Positions 30,062 through 39,765 of a stretch of 64,000 nt of DNA are shown piece after piece (the first letter of the stretch is position 1; every line of letters begins with the position of its first letter). The notes beneath the pieces are model-generated. The model saw only the letters and a list, made by a program, of their open reading frames with translations, was not told the origin of the DNA and did no database searches. The stretch is from positions 14,377-78,376 of the forward strand of contig JAYQIC010000003.1 in assembly GCA_038141425.1 (NCBI GenBank). Direction: 5' to 3'. Source of the stretch: Rhodospirillaceae bacterium. Lineage in GTDB: Bacteria > Pseudomonadota > Alphaproteobacteria > UBA7985. The position numbers and the translations under genes are program-made.

Positions 30062-30544
30062 ATGCGGACAATGCGGATTTTCCTCGGCCTTTTGTCCGCA
30101 ACAGTGGCCTTGGCGACGGCGGGGACGGCTGCGGCTGAAGACGTTTATACCTGTCCGGTCGAGGACGTCATCGGCTTCCGGAAAATGGAAGAAGGCGCAA
30201 CCGCCGATAACAAGTTCGGCTGGGCCATGGACGTCGATACCCTGCAGCCCGAAGACATTGTTTATCAGCTGATTGTCTCAGACGACGGTGTGGTCTCCGT
30301 CTATGTCAGCACCGATGGCAGCGAGTACATGGATCTCGAAGAAATCTACGGCTTCGGTATCGATACCTTCCAGCGTGGCGTGCTCGCCCTGTCGGGTGGC
30401 AGCGATATCGAGCAGGGATCGACACGGTTCAACTTTGCCTTCGACGTCGCGGAAATGACGATGATGCTCCATATCTCCAGCGTCTATGCAGAGGACACAC
30501 CGCTGGATACGTCCATGTACCTCTATACTGCCAAGTGCAGCTGA
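30062..30544 (+). CDS. hypothetical secreted protein
   Basis: 160 aa with signal peptide MRIFLGLLSATVALATAGTAAA, preceded by an AT-rich spacer. No recognisable family. Confidence 0.55.
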   Translation: MRTMRIFLGLLSATVALATAGTAAAEDVYTCPVEDVIGFRKMEEGATADNKFGWAMDVDTLQPEDIVYQLIVSDDGVVSVYVSTDGSEYMDLEEIYGFGIDTFQRGVLALSGGSDIEQGSTRFNFAFDVAEMTMMLHISSVYAEDTPLDTSMYLYTAKCS

Positions 30545-30592
30545 CCGCGCAGGGCTCGGAGACATGACGACGACCGAGGGACCGATCAAAAG

Positions 30593-31040
30593 GTGCTGCA
30601 GCAAAGTCGGCCTAATAACTCAGTGTTCTGGGCTTCCCTGGCTGGCCTGCTCCAGGTCGCGCTTGCTGTCTCCGCGGGCGTGATCGCCTACTGGCAGGTG
30701 ACCGAGCAGTGGGCGGTGCAGAACGAGCAGGCCGCCCGTGATGCCTACAAGGATTTTCTCAAGATCTCGATGGATCATCCGACGCTTTCGGGGGTACCTG
30801 TCTGACTATGAGTACACCGAGCAGGATGACGAGCAGTACTTCTGGTACGTCACGCTGATGACGGAAACCTTCGAGCAGGTGCTGGCCTACGTGCCCAACA
30901 TCGACGCGTGGATCGACCTGCTCGAGCTGCAAGTGGACATCCACTGCGAATATTATTCCTCCGACGGCTTTCAGCCTGAGCTCTACAGCCAACGACTGCA
31001 GGAGGTGGTCCAGCAGGTTCTGGCGCAGGGCGACTGCTGA
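30593..31040 (+). CDS. hypothetical membrane-anchored protein; frame broken once
   Basis: One N-terminal TM helix (VFWASLAGLLQVALAVSAGVIAYW). ORFs 30593..30805 and 30738..31040 join (..ISMDHPTLSGYLSDYEYTEQDDEQ..) if G5 at 30790..30794 is G4. Confidence 0.45.
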
Positions 31041-31107
31041 CCCTGCTTCTGATAGGCTGTTGCCATCGGGCGCCTTTTTCGGCGTGCAGGCCAAGGGAGG
31101 CAGCATA

Positions 31108-31899
31108 ATGACCTTTCATCAGACTTTGACCCCGTTGCTCACCGCCGTAGGTGCGGCAGCGCTGCTGGCGCTCGCAGGCGCCTCGACGGCCGCCGCACAG
31201 AGCGCTTGTCCCGCTGGTTTCCGGTCGGCCACAGGCGAGAGCTTCGGCATCCCGGTCTGCGCCACAGAGCGGGTCAGCGACCGCGCGCTTGAACACGCTG
31301 CGGGCGTTATGAACCGCTTGCTCGACTTCGACCGCAACGGCGCGCCGGACAGCCCGCCGGTGCTGGCGGAACTCCACGACAGCGGTGCGTTCTATGCGGT
31401 GTTTCCCAACGAACGCGCAGTCGAACGCTTCTTCGACCGACTGGATGACAGCCAGCACGACACCTACGAGGCGTCGGTGGTGGTCATGGAAGACGAGATG
31501 GACATCGGCGGTCGTGAGGGCTGGGACCCGACCATCGAAGAGGCGCTGCACGTCATCACTCAGTTTGGCTATGCCGAGGCTTTCCCCGAAGCCTTCGGTG
31601 AGTTTCGCGGCAGCGCAATTGCCGACCTGATGGATGCGGCGCGTGGGGGCTATCACGCGCGGGTGCCCAACCGCTATCCGGCGGGGGCCGTCTATACCTA
31701 CGACGACCGAAGCTGCGACTACGGCTGTCAGGTCACCGAGTTCACATTCTGGGCCATAACGTCGATGCGTGGCCTGAACCGCAATCGGGCCGATGAGATC
31801 GGCGAGGAGTGGCGCCTGCACACGCCCGAGCTGATGGAGAGCCGGGCGCCGGGGCTGGTGGCGCTGCTCAGCGATCCCCGTTTCGGCATCCTGTTCTGA
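31108..31899 (+). CDS. hypothetical secreted protein
   Basis: AGGGAGG RBS before ATG 31108. Signal peptide LLTAVGAAALLALAGASTAAAQ. 263 aa with no recognisable family. Confidence 0.55.
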   Translation: MTFHQTLTPLLTAVGAAALLALAGASTAAAQSACPAGFRSATGESFGIPVCATERVSDRALEHAAGVMNRLLDFDRNGAPDSPPVLAELHDSGAFYAVFPNERAVERFFDRLDDSQHDTYEASVVVMEDEMDIGGREGWDPTIEEALHVITQFGYAEAFPEAFGEFRGSAIADLMDAARGGYHARVPNRYPAGAVYTYDDRSCDYGCQVTEFTFWAITSMRGLNRNRADEIGEEWRLHTPELMESRAPGLVALLSDPRFGILF

Positions 31900-31904
31900 C
31901 CTCA

Positions 31905-32998
31905 ATGAACGCTCCTTTGCGCCTTGTGCCCTTCGACGGGCTTTGGGAAATGGCGATCGACGTTCCTACTCGATGCTCGCCGGTCGGGGTGAACTGGCCT
32001 GGTCCTGCGGGCAGCTGGCGCTGGGCGAGGGCGCACGGGTGCAGGCGCCCGGTGATCTGCTGGCACAGGCCGATGTCGTCGCCGACCACCTCGGCACCAT
32101 CCTCCGCCGTGCCGAGCTGGACCGATCCTGTGTTCGGCGGCTGGTCGCCTACTACGTGCCGGAGACCGACGGCGATGGCCCTGCGCTGATCGCCCGGCTT
32201 CTGGACCGTCTCGGCAAAGCAGTGATCGTCGATCTCGTCCCGGTCCCCGTGTTCTACTACCACGGCGTTCGGCTGGAGATTGACCTGTTCTGCGGCGCGG
32301 TGCCCGCTGCGCCGACCCTTGACGATGTCTCGCTTGCAGGCGGGGCGGCTACGGCCCGGTTCCAGTCAACAGCCGGGGAGACGTGGGTCAGCTTCGCGGG
32401 GTCGCCAGTCGCTCTCGATGCGGCTCTGGAAGCCCTGCGCGATGCCTGCCGCCAACGCGGTCTGGATCCCCAAAACTGCCTCGAAGAGCACTGGACCGCG
32501 CCGGAAGCGGCGCTCGCCAGCCTCGGCGCTGCTGGGGTCGGCTTTGGCAATGGCTTTGACCCCGGCGCGGTGGTCAGCACAGGCTCAGACGACCCGCTGA
32601 TCCGACTGCGTGCGCGGGTCCGCTCGGACGCTGTCGCGGCACAGCGGACGGCGCGCGCGGGCTGTGGCTTCATCGTGCGTGAATGCGGTCCGCATCTGTG
32701 GCTGCAGGGACGGGCGGGCGAGGGCCTGTCCGGGCTGGTCGGGCAGACCGCAGCGATCATGCAAGGAGCCGACGAGATTCTGGCCGAGTACGGCCTTTGC
32801 TTTGAGGACGTGATCAAGCAGACCGCACACTACTGCGGCGGCTCGGCCGGGGAGCTGCACGACAATATGGGCGTGCGGAACGCGTACTACAGCAAGCCCG
32901 GCCCGGCCTCGACCGGGATTCCGGTGCGCGGCTTTGAACAGGCGACGACACGGACGGTGATCGACCTCCGGCTGCTGCGGGGCTGGCGGGATCAGTAG
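31905..32998 (+). CDS. multi-domain RidA/YjgF-like protein; frame broken once near the N-terminus
   Basis: MNAPLRLVPFDGLWEMAIDVP joins YSMLAGRGELAWSCGQLAL at about 31962. The N- and C-terminal thirds look like RidA domains (..VRRLVAYYV.., ..VIKQTAHYCG..). Confidence 0.55.
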
Positions 32999-33121
32999 CG
33001 CCGGTGTCGACAGACGTGGGCAGTGAACGGCGACCCGCTTGCCAAGGTTGCAGCTCTTCGACAGACTTAGGGTGAACCTTCCAGCCGTCGCAGACCGTCC
33101 CAGCCCCCGGAGCGCCATGCC

Positions 33122-33613
33122 ATGACCAGCCAGCACGAAACCGATCTGATCCACCTGACCCGCTCGATCGAACTCGCCGACGAGGCTGTGCGCGAAGGCA
33201 ATCATCCCTTTGGCTCCGTGCTGGTCTCTGCCGAGGGCGAGGTACTGGCCGAGGCCAAGAACAGCCATTCGGTCGACCGTGGCCCGGGCCACGCGGAGTC
33301 CAACCTCGCGCGGCTGGCGGCGCGGCAGTTCGACATCGAAACCCTGCGCGGCTCGACCCTCTACACCTCCGTTGAACCCTGTTCGATGTGTGCGGGAACG
33401 ACCTACTGGGCCGAAATCGGCGCCGTCGTCTTCGGCATGACCGAGCGCCGGTTGGGGGAGATGACCGGCGATGACCCGGAAAACCCGACCCAGGATCTGG
33501 AGTGCCGGACGATCTTCGCCTCGGGCCGCCGCCCGGTCGAAGTGCGCGGCCCTTTCGACGAACTCGAAGAGCGGATTGTCGCCCAGCACCTCGCCTACTG
33601 GCGCACGGCCTGA
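33122..33613 (+). CDS. CMP/dCMP-type zinc deaminase (nucleoside or guanine deaminase-like)
   Basis: 163 aa with HAE (GPGHAESN) and PCSMC zinc-binding motifs. Confidence 0.8.
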   Translation: MTSQHETDLIHLTRSIELADEAVREGNHPFGSVLVSAEGEVLAEAKNSHSVDRGPGHAESNLARLAARQFDIETLRGSTLYTSVEPCSMCAGTTYWAEIGAVVFGMTERRLGEMTGDDPENPTQDLECRTIFASGRRPVEVRGPFDELEERIVAQHLAYWRTA

Positions 33614-33638
33614 CGACGACGGGACGGGAGCAGAGATC

Positions 33639-33908
33639 GTGCAGGCGACAGAAATCCGCATGACCGGCGCACTGGCCTCCGACAGCCTCGCGCCGTGGAT
33701 CGAGCATCGCGCGCGCAAGCTCAACCTGCAGGGCTGGCTCGAACAGAGCTCGGGCCACACAGCCAGGATCGTGGTCACGGGCGAGCCGTCGATGATCGAA
33801 GCCATGGCCGTCAGCTGCAGCCTCGGTCCGGCAGACGTGCTGGTGCAGGACATCTCCACCCACGCCCTGACCCTCGACCGGGCGGTTCAGGGGTTTGTCT
33901 GCCGATGA
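33639..33908 (+). CDS. small acylphosphatase-like fold protein (degenerate, catalytic residues not conserved)
   Basis: The spacing ..TGAL....W.EHRARKLNLQGW.....G...IVVTGEPSMIEAM.....LGPADVLVQDI resembles acylphosphatase-like domains but lacks VQGVxFR. The start is GTG 33639 or ATG 33660. Its stop overlaps the next start (ATGA). Confidence 0.35.
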   Translation: MQATEIRMTGALASDSLAPWIEHRARKLNLQGWLEQSSGHTARIVVTGEPSMIEAMAVSCSLGPADVLVQDISTHALTLDRAVQGFVCR

Positions 33909-34494
33909 GCGCGCGTCCGGTCGGCCTCAGCCGCGACCTGCCTGCCGCCCGGGTGATGCGGGCCATGGTCGACGATCAGGATCTGGTCGTGTGGCGCTCG
34001 GCGGGCGGCACGCTGGCCGCGTGGGACAACCGCTGCCCGCACCGGGGCATGGCGCTTTCGCACGGCTTTGTCGGGGGGAGAACCTCGCTTGCCTCTACCA
34101 CGGCTGGCACTTTGGCTGTGAGAGCGGGGGCTGCAGTCTGATCCCCTCGCACCCCGAACTGACCCCGCCGGAGACCATCCGCACCCGCGCGTTTCCGGCG
34201 CGGGAACAGGGCGGCGTGATCTGGGTGGCCCTCTCGGGCGAGGCCGATGCGCCGGTCGATGATCTGGACGGCTTTGCGCCGCTGCGCAGCCTGCACGTCG
34301 AAGCCGCTGAAATGACCCTGCTCGACGCCGCGTCCGACCATGCCTTTCCTGACGCGCGCCTGCGGCTGCTCTGCAACCCGATCGCGCCGGATCTGACCCT
34401 GCTGCTGGTGCTGATCGACGCTGCGGCCGATACAGCGACGCAGAAGGCGGCGGCACGCTGGTGCGAACAGCTGCGCCGGATCGCAGAAGCATGA
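33905..34494 (+). CDS. Rieske [2Fe-2S] domain protein; frame broken once
   Basis: CPHRGMALSHG ... CLYHGWHF gives the full Rieske ligand set once the G6 run at 34073..34078 is read as G7. There are ATGA overlaps at both ends. Confidence 0.75.
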
Positions 34495-35369
34495 GCCAGA
34501 CGCCTCCTCCCGCGCCCCACCTCGCGCCCCACCTCGCGCACGCCCGCAACGACTGGTACGCCGTCGCCGACGCCAACAGCATGGCGCAGGGGCCGCGCTC
34601 GACCCGCTTGCTGGGCGAGGACATCCACATCGACGGCAGCTTCGATGCGCCGGTGGTTACAGACGCAACCGGCCGACGCCTGCCGACCGAGGTCAGGTTC
34701 GACCACCTCTGGACCACCCTCGGCGACGATCCCCGCCCGCTGTTCGAGATCCCCGAGGGCGACGAGCCCGGCCGCCGCCGCTTCCCCTGCGGCATGGTCC
34801 GGGTCCGGTGCTCGCCCCTGCGTGCGGTCGAGAACTTCCTCGACATCGCGCATTTCCCCTTCGTTCACACCGACGTTCTCGGCGCGGAGCCCTATACCGA
34901 AGTGGAGCCCTACAAGGTCGAAATCAGGGAGCAGGACGACGAGGTCTGGGCCACGAAGGTTCGCTTCTTCCAGCCCGTCGCGGCCCGCAGCGCCGAGGGT
35001 GGCATCACCACCGACTATGAATATCGGGTGCCTGCACCGACCACAGCCGTGCTCTACAAGACCTGTCCGCCCAAGCCCGAAGCGCAGGATGTCATCGCCC
35101 TGTTCGTTCAACCGCGCAGCGAGACCGAATGCGATGTCTGGCCGTGGATGGCGCTCTATGACTTCGAGACGCCCTACGCCGATCTGGTCCAGTTCCAGCA
35201 GATGATCTTCCTGCAGGACCGCTCGATCCTCGAAAGCCAGCGGCCGATCAAGCTGCCGCTCGACCCGAAGATGGAGATCCCGACCCGGGCGGACCTGACC
35301 TCGGTTGCCTACCGCCGATGGCTGAAGAAACGCGGCGCTCTCTACGGCGCGGTGGAGGGCGGTGCATGA
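34491..35369 (+). CDS. Rieske-type oxygenase catalytic subunit lacking its own Rieske cluster ligands
   Basis: WYAVADANSMAQGPRSTRLLGEDIHI opens like a Rieske domain but has no CxH/CxxH. It has the mononuclear-iron motif ENFLDIAHFPFVH and FLQDRSILESQ, typical of the VanA/phthalate-family catalytic domain. Confidence 0.7.
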   Translation: MSQTPPPAPHLAPHLAHARNDWYAVADANSMAQGPRSTRLLGEDIHIDGSFDAPVVTDATGRRLPTEVRFDHLWTTLGDDPRPLFEIPEGDEPGRRRFPCGMVRVRCSPLRAVENFLDIAHFPFVHTDVLGAEPYTEVEPYKVEIREQDDEVWATKVRFFQPVAARSAEGGITTDYEYRVPAPTTAVLYKTCPPKPEAQDVIALFVQPRSETECDVWPWMALYDFETPYADLVQFQQMIFLQDRSILESQRPIKLPLDPKMEIPTRADLTSVAYRRWLKKRGALYGAVEGGA

Positions 35370-36037
35370 GCCCCGCCGCGAACACAGTGCCCGCCTTCAC
35401 GCTCTACGACTACGTGCTGTCGGGGAACTGCTACAAAATCCGGCTGGCTGCTGCCTTGCTCGGCGTGCCCTACGACAGCATTGCCGTCGACTTCTACCCC
35501 GGCTTTGAACATCGCTCGGAAGCGATGCTGGCGCTGAACCCGGCCGGGACGCTGCCGGTGATGAAGACCGCCGACGGGGCGGTGCTGACCGAGACCAACG
35601 CCATGCTCGCCTGGCTGGGCCTGAACCATGACCCAGGCGGCGGCTGGTACCCAGCGGCGGACCCGGTGCGCGGCCCGCGACTGGTCGAGGCCATGTCCTT
35701 CGGCGCCGGGCTGACGGGGAGCATCGGGCTGGCTCGCCTGCACGCCATGCTCGACTGGCCGGTCGATGGTGCGGCGGCGCGCGAGGCCGGGAAGCGCGAC
35801 CTGCGGCAGCTGGAATTGCGGCTGACGGCAATGCAGATCGATGGCGAGGACTGGCTTGCGGGTGGGACGGCGCCCTCGATGGCGGATCTTGCGTGCTTCC
35901 CCTACGTCGCGCTCAGCCCCGATGCCGGGCTGGACCACGACGGCTACCCGGCGATCCGTTCGTGGTTGTATCGGGTGCGGAGCCTGCCGGGGTTTGTCAC
36001 CATGCCGGGTATCCACGACCTGCACGAACTGCGCTAG
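35366..36037 (+). CDS. glutathione S-transferase family protein
   Basis: Thioredoxin-like N-domain (FTLYDYVLSGNCYKIRLAAALLGVPY..LNPAGTLPV) plus a helical C-domain. There is an ATGA overlap with the upstream gene. Confidence 0.75.
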   Translation: MSPAANTVPAFTLYDYVLSGNCYKIRLAAALLGVPYDSIAVDFYPGFEHRSEAMLALNPAGTLPVMKTADGAVLTETNAMLAWLGLNHDPGGGWYPAADPVRGPRLVEAMSFGAGLTGSIGLARLHAMLDWPVDGAAAREAGKRDLRQLELRLTAMQIDGEDWLAGGTAPSMADLACFPYVALSPDAGLDHDGYPAIRSWLYRVRSLPGFVTMPGIHDLHELR

Positions 36038-36942
36038 GGCGCGGGCCAGTGGCGGTGAGCCACGCCAAGGTCGAGCTCGGTTTCCTTCAGCCGATGGACG
36101 AAGGACTGCACCTTGGTGGTGCGGTGCAGGTCGACGTGGGTGACGATCCAGAAATCGATGGCCCAGTCCGGGTGCGGCGCGACGACTTCGACGAGGTTGT
36201 CGTCCTGCTCTGCCGCGGCCTGCCACAGCGGACCGATGCAGTGGCCCTGGACCACGGCGCTGTGCCCGATCAGCAGGCTGTCGGTGCGCAGGGTAATGTT
36301 CTCCGGCGGCACGTTCTGCTCGATCCATTCCAGCGGCCCGACGCGTTCGGAGACATCGCCCCCGGCGCAGAAGCGGTGCTGCCCGAAGTCGGCGTCTGAA
36401 GTCGGGAGGCCGTGCTGCCGCGCGTAGCTCTGGTGGGCATAGAGGCCGAGGCTATGGCTGCTGTGATGGAGCACGACGAAATCCGGGTCGCCGGGGCGGG
36501 GACCGGCGCGCAGGGCGACGTGAGCCTCGCCGAATTCCATCCGCATCAGCTGCTCGGTGGTGACCACGCGGCAGGAGACGGCGGGAAAATCCCGCTGCAT
36601 GCGGATCATGGCGCGCAGCAGGGTGACTTCGAAGCCGGGCAGGGCGGTGATGATCAGCTCGCCCGCCGGCTCGTCCTGCCGGTGCCGGGCGCGACCCAGC
36701 CACTGGGTCAGTTCGTCATCTGCGCGGCTGCCGACTTCCAGCAGTTCCCGCCCGACGTCGGTGGGCGTGTAGCCGCGCTGGTGGCGCTGGAACAGCTTCG
36801 AGCCCAGCTCGGCCTCCAGCGCGTCGATATGGCGGAGGATGGTGGCACGGTGCACGCCCAGCGCGTCAGCCGCCGCCGAGACCGTGCCCAGCTTCGCCAC
36901 CATGTAGGCGCATCTGACTTCCGTCCATGCGACCACCCTCAC
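36034..36942 (-). CDS. LysR family transcriptional regulator
   Basis: HTH AKLGTVSAAADALGVHRATILRHIDALEAELGSKLFQR followed by a LysR substrate-binding domain. It is convergent with the GST gene. Confidence 0.85.
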   Translation of the reverse strand: MRVVAWTEVRCAYMVAKLGTVSAAADALGVHRATILRHIDALEAELGSKLFQRHQRGYTPTDVGRELLEVGSRADDELTQWLGRARHRQDEPAGELIITALPGFEVTLLRAMIRMQRDFPAVSCRVVTTEQLMRMEFGEAHVALRAGPRPGDPDFVVLHHSSHSLGLYAHQSYARQHGLPTSDADFGQHRFCAGGDVSERVGPLEWIEQNVPPENITLRTDSLLIGHSAVVQGHCIGPLWQAAAEQDDNLVEVVAPHPDWAIDFWIVTHVDLHRTTKVQSFVHRLKETELDLGVAHRHWPAP

Positions 36943-36994
36943 CCCCGCCTGTTGCTGCCGTTCGATGCCTATATTGGCGACCGGCCGGGCTGCT

Positions 36995-37129
36995 TCAACG
37001 CTCTTTGTTCTGCTGCTTGAGTTCGTAGGCCTCTTTTTTCTTCTGATAGTCCTCTTCGGACAGGGCGTGCCAGCCCATGCAGAAACCGGTGACGGAGCGG
37101 CCGCAGCCGCAGCGGGGTTTTTCGTTCAT
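36995..37129 (-). CDS. small Cys/His-rich protein (44 aa), hypothetical
   Basis: Perfect AGGAGG RBS 5 nt before the ATG. The sequence is MNEKPRCGCGRSVTGFCMGWHALSEEDYQKKKEAYELKQQNKER: four Cys plus His, then a Lys/Glu-rich tail. Confidence 0.4.
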   Translation of the reverse strand: MNEKPRCGCGRSVTGFCMGWHALSEEDYQKKKEAYELKQQNKER

Positions 37130-37373
37130 TGTTACCTCCTGAGTTGGTTGGTCAGGCGGTAGGGTCGTTGATCTTTGGGTCTGGTGAAATGCGCGATCCT
37201 GCGCAGAGCCTGTACCGATCCCGCGCAGTTTGTGCAGGGGAACCGGCACCGCCGACGCACCGTTTATCCGTCGACGGATCGGTTTGGGTGCTTGGCCCCT
37301 TCGCCAGCCTATTGCTCTAGGTGCTTTAAACTGATTTTCTAGTGGCTTGCGCAAACCACGTGCGACCCGGCTG

Positions 37374-38136
37374 ATGACCCTGAAGAATGCCCTTGCCGCT
37401 GGCCCTGTAACCGCGACCTTCGCCTCGCTGAAGGACCCGGCCGTCGCCGGCGTGCTGGCTCAGGCCGGATTTGGCTGCATCGTCATCGACCGCGAACACG
37501 CTGTCATGGGGCCGGAAACCGCCGCTGGCCTGATCATGGCCAGCCAGCGGGCGGGCCTCAGCGCCATCACCCGCATCCCCGAGCTCGCCCGTGCTGCGGT
37601 GCAGGACGCGCTCGAAGCCGGTTCTGACGGTATTCTCGCGCCCATGGTCGAGAGCGCTGAGCAGGCAGCGCAACTGGCCAGCTGGTGCCGCTATCCGCCC
37701 GAGGGCACGCGCGGCGTCCACCCCCTGACACCCGCGACCGGCTACGGCGCTATTCCCATGCCGCAGATGTTCCGCGCCGCCAATCAGCAGGTGCTGGTCT
37801 GCGCCCAGATCGAGACCGCCGCCGGGTTGGAGCAGGCTTGGGGCCATCGCCAAAACCGACGGGATCGACCTGCTGTTCTTCGGTCCCGGCGACATGGCCG
37901 TTTCGCTCGGTGTCGGCATGGACGATCCCCGGTTGGCCGAGGCCTTCGAGCGCGTGCTCGAGGTGGCGGGCAAGGCGGGTAAGCTGGTCGGAACCTTCGC
38001 CATCAACGCCGAGGGCGCCCATCGCGCCGCCGCCGCCGGGGCACGGCTGCTGGTGCTGGGCAGTGACCTAGCCCTGCTCAAGCAGGCAGGAACCGAGGCC
38101 AGCCAAGGCCTCAAGCGCCGTCTGCAACGGCCATGA
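37374..38136 (+). CDS. HpcH/HpaI family aldolase; frame broken once
   Basis: GFGCIVIDREHA, PMVESAEQA, RYPPEGTRG, QIET and LLFFGPGDMAVSLG. The pieces join at the G4 run 37849..37852. Confidence 0.8.
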
Positions 38137-39765
38137 GCCTGCGCATCGCCGTTATTGGGGCCGGACCGGCAGGCGGCCTGATCGCCGGTCTGCTGGCGCG
38201 CGAGGGCCACCGCGTCACCCTCGGTGACCGCCGCGACCGCGCGGCGATGGAGGCCAACGAAGACCGCTCGATCCAGCTCTCGGTGTCTCCCCGCGGCATG
38301 GGTGCTCTCGCCGCAGCTGGCCTCGATGACAGCATGAAGGCCCGCTCGATACCGCTGGCCGGGCGTGTGTTTCACCGCCCGACAGCCGCCTGCTGTCGCT
38401 GCTGCCCACCGATCCCAGCTGGAAGAACTTCTCGACCGACCGGGGTGAGCTGACCGGCACCATTCTGGACTGGGCCGCGGCGGCGTCCGGGTTGGAGCTG
38501 CGGCTTGGCTGGCAGTGCATCGATCTGGTCCGGCGCGCCCGGCAGGTGGTCTGGCGCGACCCCGACGGCGGGCTGAAGACCGAAGCGTTTGATCTGGTGA
38601 TCGGCGCGGATGGTGCGGCTTCGACCGTTCGGGCCAGCCTCGTCCGCGCGCCGTCGATCGACTTCGCCAAGCGGATCTCGCCCTGGGGCTACGCCGAACT
38701 CAAGATGCTGCAGCAGGCTGGGCCGGAGGCGCGCCTGAGGCCCCCTTCGCCCCCTGATGCGATCCACATCTGGCCACGAGGCGAGTTCTTCATGGTCGCC
38801 TTCCCGGCAGGGGACCAGAGCTACCGCGCCACGCTGGTCATGCGCCACAGCCAGCTGGACGCACTCCGGAACAGCGGTGAGGCGCAGGACTATCTGAGCC
38901 GGGCGCTGCCGGATGTTGTCGACACCCTCGCCGACCCGACTGTCGAGCTGAACCCTGGTCGACTGATCCCGATCCCGATCGTTCGTTGCGGTCGCTGGGA
39001 TGATGGGGGCTTCACTGTCATTTTGGGCGATGCCGCCCATGCGACTGCGCCGTTCATGGGGCAGGGGTCAATATCGCGCTGGAAGACGCGGTTGTGCTGG
39101 CCGGGCACTTGCGTGGCATCGCGCGCGCCGACGATCTTGGCCCGGCGTTGGAGGCCTTTTCCGCTGAACGGGTGCCAGAGGGCATCGCCTGCTGCGACCT
39201 GTCCGAGAGCGCGGCCAATCTGCTGCTCAACCTGCCCCCGGACAACACCGACCCCGACGCCGGTCCGCTGAACGGCCTGAACTTCAAGGGCGCGGGCTAC
39301 AGCGAGGTTGCGCCGCTGATGCTGCCGGGATGGCAGCCGCAGGTTTACGCCGACACTTTCCCGTCGCTGCACCGTGGTCCGCTGCCGGTTGATCCATCGC
39401 GCCTGACTGAAATCAGCGTCGCCGAAGGCGACACCGTTATTGCCGTCGATGATCCCTCCGACGCGCTGTTTATCCTGCGTCGAGGACGGCTGCGGATCGA
39501 CCTGCCGCAGGAATCGCTGCGGCTGACCGCGCCGGCCATCGTCGGTGAAATGGGCTGGTTCGGTTCCCGGCGCCGCACGGCAGCCGTGGTTGCCGACGCC
39601 GATTGTAAACTCGATCGCCTGGCCTTCGCCGACCTCGAAGCGCTGTGCCGTGAAAACCCGGCCGGGGCGCTGCCGCTGGTTCGGCAGATTTCCGATCTCG
39701 CGGTCGAGCGCCTGACCTCACGCTTCCACCGGGCGGCGCGGCTACGTGCTGCTGCTGGCCGGTGA
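38133..39765 (+). CDS. kynurenine 3-monooxygenase-like FAD monooxygenase fused to a C-terminal cyclic-nucleotide-binding domain; frame broken twice
   Basis: IAVIGAGPAGG, DRSIQLSVSPRG, GADGAASTVR, HIWPRGEFFMVAFP and LGDAAHATAPFMGQGVNIALED follow the KMO pattern. The C-terminal 130 aa (..GDTVIAVDDPSDALFILRRGRLRI..IVGEMGWF...RTAAVVADADC) is cNMP-binding-like. Breaks are at the C3 run 38378..38380 and the G4 run 39064..39067. There is an ATGA overlap with the aldolase. Confidence 0.7.

Noticed and set aside
36034-36037. Overlapping convergent stop codons of the GST and LysR genes within the palindrome CTAG
   Set aside because: It is real in the sequence, but it is a trivial consequence of tight packing. 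No functional inference is justified.
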